NCBI RefSeq assembly: GCF_037042905.1
Contig: NC_087250.1
Span: forward strand, 12,898,001 to 12,962,000
Direction of reading: 5' to 3'
Length of the DNA stretch: 64,000 nt
DNA from: Lytechinus pictus
Lineage: Eukaryota
Within the stretch, counting starts at the first letter, position 1, and the number at the start of each line of letters is the position of its first letter. The notes below the pieces were generated by a model. It made no database searches. It saw only the letters and a list, made by a program, of their open reading frames with translations, and was not told the DNA's origin. The position numbers were made by a program, and so were the translations under genes. Shown piece after piece: positions 53,401-64,000 of this stretch.

Positions 53401-56400
53401 GAATTCGAAAAGCACCCTAAACAAGTATTTTCTATATTCTGAAAATGCACCCCTTAACAAGTATATTGGCGTGTGAAACCCTACCCTTAACAATTATTGG
53501 AAATAAAACGATACTCAAGTACAGGGATATTTTGATTGTTATATGTCACGGATGTCGGTTTTACCTTTACCAACGTGTACATCATTTGGTTTAGTATACG
53601 GCCCCACCTCCCACACCTCGCGTAAATCAGTCTCTCAGCTTACACGTATTCTTCTCATTCTTCCTCTCTTTCCCGCTCTCTCCATTTTCGAACTTCTTCC
53701 CTCTTTATTTCCCTTTCCTCTCTCACTTTCTTTATGTTTTCTTTATCTTTTCTTGGATATCAGTCTCTATATTCATTGTCAAAATATCTATCCGAATGAT
53801 TCCTATGTTTATTGTGTATATTTGTATATAATTTACAAGTTGTTTCTTTTTTCTTTTTTTTTTCTTTTTGGCGAAATTCTATTTTGTTTTTGTTTATTTG
53901 CTTATATTCCTTGCATTGTATATTTATCTTGTATCATTTTGTACTTCTTGTTATGAACAAAATACTGGCAATTGCCAGTGAAGTTCTAATAAATTCAATT
54001 CAATTCACGTAGTGTTGAATCTTGGGGTAAAAAGTACATCCTTTATCAATCAGTTTAGTCTTTTTTTATACCCTCGCAAATTTGCCCCTAAACACTTAGC
54101 TTTCCTAGCAAAATAGATACCCTTTTTCATTATTTTAGTATTTTTGACACCCTTATTATGTTACGTACGTAACGTGCCTTATCTTGAAAAAGACATCCTT
54201 TTTACGTGTTTCTTTTGGTCGCGCATGGTATCCACTCGTCAATGTAAGTGCCCCCCGGGTTTGGTCCACACCAAAGGGGTGTTGAAACAAGATCAGTTAA
54301 AAATCAAACCGATAATTGGTGTTGCTTAAATGCCAAATTGGTGTTAGCCTAACGCCAAACCGGTGTTGGAATTGCTTAAGTTTTCTTAAATTTGTTTAAA
54401 AGGTAACAACTGTGTGCGATCATTCAAATACCCTGGGGAATAGTGTGCATTATGTTTTATAAGAGAGTAATGTGGATACTTATCATTAAATAAACAATCA
54501 TTTTGTATCTCAAAATCATGACCGGTCAATACAACTTGTCGTTAGTACAAGACAATAGAAAATTAAGTGACTGGTCACGTGATGAATCACTTGACCAGGA
54601 TCCATCACTGTTTTATCAATATGCAAGTACCGCAGCGTTTGGAAACTGCACCGACATGGGCACTTGCATAAAATGTGCAATATCAGCCCTCCGAACCTGC
54701 ATGCCCTAGATAGCTCCATAATTTGCCAACGCATATAACTCTGAGATATTAGAATTTGTGAATTGGCCTTTGTATGTTGACAGTGACGGTCTGTCGCTGG
54801 GTAATCAGCGTAATTCGTGACTATAGCTGTTACAGACTTTGGGAATATTGTTGTGTAATTATAATTGTATTATCCTTTTGAATTCAAAGTTCACGAGTAT
54901 AAAAATCTTTTTATTTCTATTTGCCGCAGTGCGCCGATGATTTTCAGAATGATCTATTCAACGCCCTCAACGTTGACCCGACGAATGGCTTCAGTGAGGA
55001 TGTCTTTCACGAAGCAGCTCCGCTACTGCTCTATGCTCTCTTCGACCTGGAGGCCTTGTGCGCCGCTGGACCTGGCGGAACAGACCTTGATGAGGAAGTA
55101 GTGCTTGGGGAGTTGATGTCTGCCGGAGAAAACGGGACGAATACCACCATGTCCGAAGAAGACCTGGAAGAAATCTTACATGTGATTAGTGAGAATTACA
55201 CGGCTACAACCCAAGCAACGGTAAACCAGGAAGACTATGTCCAAGCACTAGGCCCCATTTCATAAAAAAAACTTGTTATGATAGCAGGTCTGGCTGGAAT
55301 GGCAACTACCATGACAACACTGACAATTCTGCTTCTTGATTGGCTCTTCTCATGAAAGTTGACATTCCAGCAAAAGTTGCTATCGTAGCATCCTGCAAGA
55401 GTTGCTGTCATAGCAACTTTTTACGAATTGGGGTCCTGGACTCATTCAAAGATTCTATGGCCTAACTACTATCAAATTCAAGAACGTTTTGGTGGTACAG
55501 CCTGATATTTTAGGACTAGAATCGATAATTAAGAGTTTAGTCTAACATTAATTGCAGGGTGTCTCTATTCCTGGTAGTAACCGCATTTCTTCTAGCCAAC
55601 CTATAACCCATTTCAAAGTGGAACCGGTTGGCTCCTATACAAGGACATGGGAACTACAGAATTTGGTATTGATTTTGTTTGATTTTCGATGAATATTGGA
55701 CTAACGTCAGTAGTTCTGCATTGAATACAACCGATGGCAAATTGAGCCTTAGACTGCGGGATTTTCTTAGGGAAAAGTGGCCCCAAAGTGTTGTCATTAA
55801 TAAGTTATTCAATTCATTTTCATTGCTTCCTTTATAGGTTTCTCACTTTACATTCCTTGTTTTCATTTCGAATATTACAGTGTTTCGATGTCGAATCGGT
55901 GTTTACCGCAACTGTTGAAGACCACGAAGCCGGAGCGAACGAAAGCGAGGTCCATAGCGTCGCCGAGGAAGTGATCAACAGCATTCTTCACGGATACTGT
56001 ATCGGCGAGGCAAGTTTACCATCTACCGACGATTTTGTGGATGCAGTTTTCGATTCCTACGCTGCTGATGGAGTCATTCCTGAAGAAGGTAAAAAAAAGA
56101 TTCAGGGAGCGTTTCATCAACATTTTGGTCAAACAAGTTGTAGGTATCTTTCCTTTATTCTGATTTGCTAAGAATAGAAGAACAGTTGCTATGGCAACTG
56201 TCTGATAAATCAGAATTTGTCTGGGGAAAAAAATCCGACAAGTACTTTCATGAAACGCTCCCGAATTGTAGGCCAAGCAACTGTTCAGAGGGGGACTTTA
56301 CTTTTGACATGGGAACACATTCTTACCAAACATCGATAGCTCTATAGAAATATGAAATAAGTTTGAAGAAATTTTAGTACAAATCAACCAGAACTTGGCT

Positions 56401-59400
56401 GGCGAGTGATGGAAATTTTCATGTAAAAATTGTTAAAATCATCTTTGTCATTATTGTCATTATCATGGCTATGATTATAATTTAATATTTATCTTCATTA
56501 TAGATCAAGAGTTGACATGTTGGTTATTGTAATATAACGATATCTGTTAGACTGAATACGCAATACACTTTACAATGTTTGCTTTGGAATTCGGATATAT
56601 CATTTCACGTTTTCAAAATCACAGCAACAACAGGAGTATAAGTAGTACAAACATAGATAATGGATAGTTGTTGTCAAACATATTGTATGAATGTTAGTAT
56701 TAATAGAGATAGGCTCAGTAAATATGTCAACTTTGCTTTTTTAGAATTCGAGCATTTGGTTTCTGATCTTGGTATTGGGGGCTCTTCTGGAGAACATGAC
56801 GACCACGAGGACCACGATGACCATGATCACCGTCGAAGGAGACATGTCGACATTCCGGTGGCAGCGGTGGGATACATACATCGCACGGAGCGTGCCGTGG
56901 ATGACCACGATCATGATCACGATGGACACTCGGAGGAGTTAAACGTATCTTCTGTAAGTGCCTGTCTACAATTGTACAGAGACGGCGCCACAAACAATAT
57001 CAAGGAATAACGGGGAAATGAAACATTAATATAAGGAAAATGAGGCAATATTGAGAAGGGATTGTCTCATGAAGTAATACATTTTCTGTCTTCTGCAATT
57101 GGAGAAAAAAGAAATCTTGAAAAATCAACCCGTGGCGTTCTTGATAAAATTTACAAAATCATTTTTAAAAGGAAATGTTTGATAATAAACTTTAAATAAC
57201 TCGTTGCCATTTTTGTTGTTCATTTTGATTTATCTTGTAGTCATGTCAATTTTAAGTACACATATTCATTATAACTCCCCCCTCTCTCCCTGGTCATATG
57301 AATCTGGAAAGTAAATTATCTCACCCAATTATAACCCTATGATAACTCACTTTGCACTCCATATTATTCATTTCAAATATAATTGTAGGTGCTGTATAAA
57401 GCATGGCCAGTGGCAGCTTTCTTGCAAATGAATATTCACTCTTTGACATGTGAATGCATTTTTATCATTCAGACATGCTACACGGGGGAGGAACTCCTAG
57501 ACATTCACGGAATCGAACACGAAGCTGGTATCACGGAGTCCCAGTACGCAGCCCTGTGTCCATCCCTAGTCCAGCAGATCCTCTCCGGTTCCTGCAGCAG
57601 TGATGAACATAATGACCCAACTGATGCGATTACAAACGCCGAGAGTACGTGATATTAACAATAATGATTACAAAAACAAAATATATTATCAAAATACTAT
57701 AGTACTGTCGATGATAATGATGAAATGATGATGACAATGATGTTGTTGATGAAGATGATGACGATGATGACGATGATGATAAAGATGATGATGGTGATAA
57801 CGATGATGATGAAGATGACAGTGATGACGATGATGTTGTTAATGATGCTGATAATGATGATGATAATGTTGATGATGCTCATAGTGCTACAAGCAATAAT
57901 ACTATCCGGTGTCTGCAACATTGATGAACAAACTTTGCAATTTTTCTTATTTTTTTTTAGTTTGGGGCTATGGTAACCTGGTTGTCCTCATCATCAGTCT
58001 CCTCGCCGTTTTCGGGGCTATTTTTGTTCCATGCATGTCCGGTTTCGTGTACGAGGCTGTTATTCAAACAATGATGGCGCTCGCCGTAGCAACATTGACA
58101 GGGGACGCCTTGTTACATCTTATACCACAGGTAACCATTTTCTCTTTAAGATCTGGACCCTATTCACCATCCTCTCGGGGTGATACTAGGGACCAATCCC
58201 TTTGGCGCGAATTGTGCATCCGTAGAGTGCATTGTGGCATCTGGAGTGAACTGAGCATCTTTTGATACACTTTCACATCCGACAAGTTGTCAGATCTGAC
58301 ATCTTTCCCTGATGCTGATTGGCTGAGAGGCACCGTTTCTATGGTAACGGTCGGATAAGATGGGACATGTCGGATAAAACGTCACACAAGTCCTTTCATG
58401 AAACGCTCCCCAGAAGGAGGTATAATCCACTCTGGAAGGATGTAATGAGGGACCGGGTTGGCTCTTTTGCATTTCGAGAGTAGTGGCAAACACAAACGAG
58501 TATTACACTGTAAATACAAGAACTACCCAGGCTTTGCAAAAAAAGGGGAAGGGAATCCAATAATAGATATTTTATACTGTTTCTTGTACAAGAGCCCATC
58601 TTATATGTAATTTACATCGTGAAATTAAACCTAGATGCACCTGAAATTGATATAAAACTGACCAAAATTTCTCAATGGAGTATGAAAACAAAATAGTTTC
58701 ATTTTTATTGATTTACTCGAAATGAACTAGCATTGATTTGGGCCATTTTTGCATTCCTGCACTCAAATGTCCCAATGAATGGCATTATGCAATACAAATT
58801 ATTCAAAGAAATATCAAATATCTCTAAAACGCTCAAATTCCTTTATAAAATGCAAGTCAAATCATAATGGAGAGCTGAGAGACTTTTGTCGAGAGGTGAT
58901 GGACCGGGACAGTAGCGTCGTCTCATGAGTCTGGACAACTATATTTGCAACTGTTCGTCCGGTCCAAATCTTCGGATGATCTGCTGTCCCGGTCCTCCAA
59001 CTTTTGCCAAAAGCCTCTTAGCTTATTTGACTTGCATTTTCAAAGGAATTGGTGCGTTGTAGAGAGCGGCTGCTTTTTGTGATTGCAAAAACTCTCTTAA
59101 CATGCTTAATGTATGACTTACAAAAACACTGACTACATTTCCCATCTTCTTTTTGCAGGCTCTCGGATTACATTCTCATGGTGGTTCGGGCCACGACCAC
59201 GCCGACCACGGTCCGACCAGCCCCGAGCTAGCCTACGTATGGAAATGTCTCGTGATAGAGGTATTCATCTACGTATTCTTCCTGATCGAGAGGATCGCTA
59301 GTATGACTGACGTAAGTATATACGGGCATGCATGCTGCAGTCACACCGAAGGGATTGACTCCAAACCAACCAAGTTCATGTAATGGAAGTAACCTGATCA

Positions 59401-62400
59401 GTTTCGGCGATGTGACTGGGTCGTTATTATTTTTTTTAATTTCTAATGTTTCAACGGCCCTCTCCTTGATTATGATGATTGTTGTTGTTATTATTATAAT
59501 TATTAGTATCAATACTACTACTACTACTTCTACTACTACTATTACTACTACTACTGCCACTGCTACTACTACTACTGCTACTACTAAATCTACTACTAGT
59601 ACTACTACTAGGCCTACTGCTGCTACTATTAGTACTATTTATCAATATCATCATTATTATTAAGGCGTATTTAGCTAAAATATTTTGAGGGACTGGGGAG
59701 ATATGGCGAATTGACCAAAAGTTCTTAAAAGATGCATGCGAGTAAAAAACTGACCCTTTTAATATAAAAATCTTTTATTTCTTTATTTTTATAGATTTCG
59801 ACAGACTGTTCAGAAAATAATCTAATATTTCACTCTTTTCCCTTTCTATTCATTCTTCTTATCCTTTTATTCAACTTTTATTTTTTGTCTTATAATTCAT
59901 ATATTTTTTTTTTTTTTTTTTTTTTTGGGGGGGGGGGGTGAACACAAGCCCCAGTGTACGCCAGTGTTATTATTTTTTGTCATTAGGGTTGTTTTTATTA
60001 TCATATTATTATAGGTTTTGTTATTATCACCATCATCATATTCTTATTATTATTATCATTATTATTATTTTTATTATTTTATTGTTATTATTATTATTAT
60101 CAATTATTATTTAGATATATTATCACTTATTTTTATTATTCTCTTGATCATTATTATCTTCATCATTATCATTAGAATAATTTATATTATATATATAATT
60201 ATGATCCTTCCATGCGTTTCTCTCCATGCAGGTCTGTGGACATGATCATTCCTTAGACAAGGCAGCAATGGGAACAGACACTGCTAAGACCCCCATTACC
60301 GCCTTCCAACGGTCCACAAAGGTATCCGATTCTACAAAGCAACTGGTAAGAACATTTTGGCTTTTCTTGTCAAGCTCCCAGGGGGGAGGGGGTTTGGGGG
60401 CACTCACTTATATTGATCCGATTCTACACGGCAACTGGTAAGAACATTTTGGCTTTTCTTTTCAAGCCCCCAGGGGGAGGGGGCACTCACTTATATTGGC
60501 GGTATGGGCATGTGCGATCCATTTCACGCCTTGCCAGCCTTTCCTAAGCATATCCCTTTTCACCATTGTTCATTGCCCAACTCGTTCTCCCTCGTTCCTA
60601 AGCCCCTATTTTTCATGCCTCAGTTCTCGATCCCCCCCCCCCCCATTTCATGTTACAGTTTCCAACAAGCACCCCATTTGCAGAGGACCATCTGACTTGA
60701 CAGTTGTTAAGCCTCTCTTTTCATAAGCAAATCAGTTATCAAGGGTATGGTTTCAGACTTAGGGTCCACACAGTGCCCTGGGAACGATTTATTTACTGGA
60801 GGGGCTGATGTAAATTTGAAAAGCGAAAAAAAAAAAGGTTTCACTACAAAATGGAGGTCATATTGGTCCCGAGGAATTTGAAAAGACCAAAACACAAACA
60901 AACAATAGCAACAACAACAGAAAACAAACAAAAGACAAATCAAAACAACCCCCCCCCCCAAAAAAAAAAAAAAGGTTTTCGCTAAAAACTGAAGGTTAAT
61001 TTGGTTCTAAGAAATGTGAAAAGCAAGGAAAAAAAGAATAGAATAAAAAGGTTTTCACAACAAGAACAAAACATTTTATTTTGGTTACATTTTTCATTTC
61101 TTACACATCTTCCAGAATACCTGCAACACCCCGCTTCCCAGAGTTATGGGTCCACACACCCCTACTATTTCTAAAACCGAGTGCCCACCCCCTGGGTAAG
61201 CTCCTTTGTTCCATGTTGTTTTACTTTTCTTTGAGAAAGTCACTGCTATTTGGATAATTTCAAGTTCATCACTTCTTCTATTTTATAAATAGTTATGATT
61301 GACATGCTTTTCGATTTATTCGAGATAATCATGAGTGGAAAATCAATAAATACATCGTATTATTTACTTCAGTCTAATTACCCTTCTAACACATTCTTTT
61401 AACAAATTTGGCCGATTCCTAGCGAAAGGCATTCATTATTTCATATCAGAGGTAAAAGAAAACGAGATAAGCTCCTGCAAAAAAAAAGAGAATAAACTGT
61501 TAGTTTCAGATGACCCCAGAATGTCGGACCACCATCGAGAGCTCCGAAACGTAGGACGAATTGCTGTTCCGGATCACCAGTTTTTGACAAAGACTTCCCA
61601 GCTGTTCATTGTCATTTGACAGGCATTTTCATTAATATACGATGTTCTTGAATTCCTTCAAAATAGGTATTATTATTATGTTTTTTTTTTACAGGCAACG
61701 GCTGAGAACGGAGAAGATCAGAAGGTCAGATACATGAAAGGTAAATTTTATGATTTTTGAGGCATTCTTTTTCTTCAAATCTTTTATGTAAGCAGTATGG
61801 CAGATGCATACTTTCCCTAATGCCCGATATCGGATAGATGATTTTTTTTTTGTTTTTTATAAAAGGAAAAAAAAGTGCTCAAGTAGAATAATAATAAACC
61901 TTTGAGTCAGTTAGTTATAAAGCGACTCGCTGAATCTTTATGACCGTGGACTGGTGGAAAACGGGTAAAAGGCAATGGAGTTGTAAAAAGAAATGGTTGT
62001 GAAATGAAAATGAACTTCCATGAAAACAGACTCGAATGCCTGTCATGCCAAAGCACAACAGAAAAGTCTTTGTCGAAAATTGGTGATTCAAAACACCAGT
62101 TTCGTTCTGGATTCTGTAAGAAAGACATAATTGCAATTTTCGTCAGCTCCGAAACTTAGGACGAAATCAGAGTGCTGTTCCGGTTCACCAATTTTAGACC
62201 AATACCTCCCAGCTGTTCTTTGCCATTTTACCGGCATTTTCAAAATGTCAATACATTTTCTGTGTTGTTGAATCCTTCTCTTTTCCAAATTCTTCAGGTT
62301 GTGGGACCGTTCCTTTCATGATCGTGGTGGGGGATGCTCTTCATAATTTCGGAGATGGACTTGCGATCGGGGCTTCATTCACTCTTGGGATCTCTGCCGG

Positions 62401-62450
62401 TCTCAGCACGAGCATCGCCGTGTTCTGCCACGAGCTGCCTCACGAGTTAG
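50144..62450 (+). CDS. SLC39A12-like: Gene B: tandem paralog, ZIP12/ZIP4-like zinc transporter; exons 1-10, 3'-partial
   Basis: join(50144-50467, 54930-55220, 55881-56088, 56745-56953, 57473-57644, 57961-58130, 59159-59311, 60232-60345, 61695-61740, 62298-62450) is open, GT-AG, with the same phases as gene A. Motifs [36 protein letters not shown]. Exons 11-12 were not found before 64000. Confidence 0.92.
50560..51245 (+). mobile_element. L2/CR1-group LINE 3' fragment in intron 1 of gene B
   Basis: ..[40 protein letters not shown] matches the C-terminus of the 1005-1823 ORF type; tail AATAAA..(ATTGAA)n. Confidence 0.8.
53365..54259. mobile_element. Non-autonomous TIR element with a nested retroposon tail
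   Basis: TTGACGAATGGATACCATGCGCGACCA (53365) inverted with TGGTCGCGCATGGTATCCACTCGTCAA (54216-54242); the inner segment ends AATAAATTCAATTCAATTCA at ~54006. Confidence 0.65.
54930..55220 (+). CDS. ZIP gene B exon 2
   Basis: [16 protein letters not shown]|gtaa; 291 nt. Confidence 0.9.
55881..56088 (+). CDS. ZIP gene B exon 3
   Basis: [14 protein letters not shown] g|gtaa; 208 nt. Confidence 0.9.
56745..56953 (+). CDS. ZIP gene B exon 4
   Basis: [26 protein letters not shown]|gtaagt. Confidence 0.9.
57473..57644 (+). CDS. ZIP gene B exon 5
   Basis: [25 protein letters not shown] a|gtacgt; 172 nt. Confidence 0.9.
57961..58130 (+). CDS. ZIP gene B exon 6
   Basis: [23 protein letters not shown]|gtaa; 170 nt. 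Confidence 0.93.
59159..59311 (+). CDS. ZIP gene B exon 7
   Basis: [20 protein letters not shown]|gtaagt; 153 nt. Confidence 0.92.
60232..60345 (+). CDS. ZIP gene B exon 8
   Basis: cag|[16 protein letters not shown]|gtaaga; 114 nt. Confidence 0.85.
61695..61740 (+). CDS. ZIP gene B exon 9 (46-nt small exon)
   Basis: (t)n-acag|[15 protein letters not shown] g|gtaa. Confidence 0.82.
62298..62450 (+). CDS. ZIP gene B exon 10 (TM4-TM5)
   Basis: [30 protein letters not shown] g|gtaa; 153 nt. Confidence 0.95.
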
Positions 62451-64000
62451 GTAATTACGTCCTGTCATGTTTCAAAATGGACAATTCCTATTCTCAGTCA
62501 TTATTATTAACGATAAATGCAAGGTATTATTTAGCGCCATTTCCACCTTGATAAAAATGCCTGAGGCGTTTTTTTAAAAAGAAAGAGAAAGAGAGAGAGA
62601 TACAGAGAGGGAGAGGGAGAGAGGGGGGGGGGGGTGGGGTGAAGAAGAAGAAACAGAAGAAAAGAAAGGGATAAATGACTGTCATTTAAACACACGTTGA
62701 AAGAAATTACAGCGTTTTCATTTTTAAAACCCCGTAGAAGAAGGAAAAGACATAGAAAGAACGCTGTTTAAAATGTTTGTACAACGCTGGCCTGGCTATT
62801 ATGGACTTTTAAAGTAGTCTTTTGACATTGTAAACGAGTATTTGCAATTGAGAGAAGAGGAAGAAGAAAAGAGAGATAAATAACTGTCATTCAAACACAT
62901 GTTGAAAAAATACAGGGTTTGTATGTTTCATGCTCTGTTACAGTATAGAAGAAACAATACATATAAAAAACGATGTTTAAATGTCAAAAGCTGATTAACA
63001 ACCATGCTTATTTCATTACACGTTGTCGCTTTTAAACAAGTCTTTAAACCTTCTACCGAGTACTCTAAAGTTCGTATCGTAAACAGCTAGCGTTGTATAA
63101 CTTTTAAACATCTTTTTTTTTTATGTGTATCTTGCTACTAAAATATTTCAATGGGAAGTAGAACATGAATAAGGCCATGATTAGAGTCCGTTTGTGTTGG
63201 TGAAGCATAAGTAAATAGTGATTGTAAAAAGCATCCCCTGCAGCCCAGTAGACTTTATTTTATTGTTTTATTGAGTGATAAAAGGAGGGGATCAATAAAG
63301 AAAGGACGTGGAGATATCTACTACACAAACGCGGCTTCTTTGATATACCGACTTCTTCTTAGTTCTCAATTTCTTATGTTCTTATTATGCCGTCTACTTC
63401 AAATGACACTGAAAGCTTAATTGTTTTGTCAATGTTGTCATGACAAACAACAGCCTTCTTCTTTTCTTCTTCTTCTTCTTCTCCTTCTTTTTTCTTTCTT
63501 TCTTCTTCTTCTTCTTCTCGGGTCACTACACAAGTCATGTTAAGTGTATATTGGAGTTAAACATGTTAAAAGACTCATGCGGGCGTCCAGTAATATAAAG
63601 GTTATAGCGATTCGTAGAAAAATGTTCTACGATCATTGCTAAGCTTTGTGCGGCGGGCCCATGATCTTTGGCAGCAGCAACCCTAAATGAATAAAAAAAA
63701 ATGAAATCTAAATGCAACTTACACGATTTTTACCCTCTTAATATATATATTTTTTGTTTGTTTGTCTATTATCTATTTTTTGTTGTTTTGCAAGGAAATT
63801 ATTCACACCTTGCCACTCTCCATCCGGTGCCAAAAGGGTACCTGGTATAGGATGTGAAAGTAATTTTAGCTTTTCCAGTATTGTGTGCGCCTCATTAACG
63901 ACTGGCTGGAATACTCCCAAGGGAGTGGAGGATGCGATTCCATTGTGTGCGGATATAAGTGATTGGAATCCGAAAACAGTGGAAAAAAAATCGGTGAGCG

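Noticed and set aside
62640..63060. ~205-bp diverged tandem duplication in intron 10 of gene B
   Set aside because: Ordinary local duplication of repeat-derived sequence with no coding or splice signal.
63521..64000. Minus-strand segment ending in an (AAG)n tail with short ORFs; also searched here for gene B exon 11
   Set aside because: Possibly a retroelement 3' end, but no motif is recognisable; no GDxAVLL-type exon was found on the + strand.

Overview
Eukaryotic, AT-rich, repeat-dense genomic DNA. The repeat content is consistent with an echinoderm (sea-urchin-like), but that is inference only. The window holds a head-to-tail pair of paralogous LIV-1 family (SLC39A/ZIP) zinc transporter genes of the ZIP4/ZIP12 type on the + strand. 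Gene A is complete: 12 coding exons, 14886-42279, 2157 nt CDS, 718 aa by hand assembly. Gene B shows exons 1-10 (50144-62450); its last two exons were not found and probably lie beyond the window. All introns are GT-AG and phases match between the paralogs. The remainder is degraded LINEs, a tRNA-derived SINE, several families of non-autonomous DNA transposons (hAT-, Tc1/mariner-, Kolobok/T2- and PIF/Harbinger-like, often nested) and large simple repeats. The most interesting signals are: (i) clusters of metal-response-element cores (TGCACAC) around a conserved TATA box in both ZIP promoters; (ii) His/Asp-rich ectodomain segments bracketed by furin-type sites; (iii) a three-module, exon-bounded ectodomain; (iv) an apparent gene-conversion tract in exon 5; (v) a duplicated, frameshifting splice donor in gene B. 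I see no wholly new system of the CRISPR or defence-island kind.
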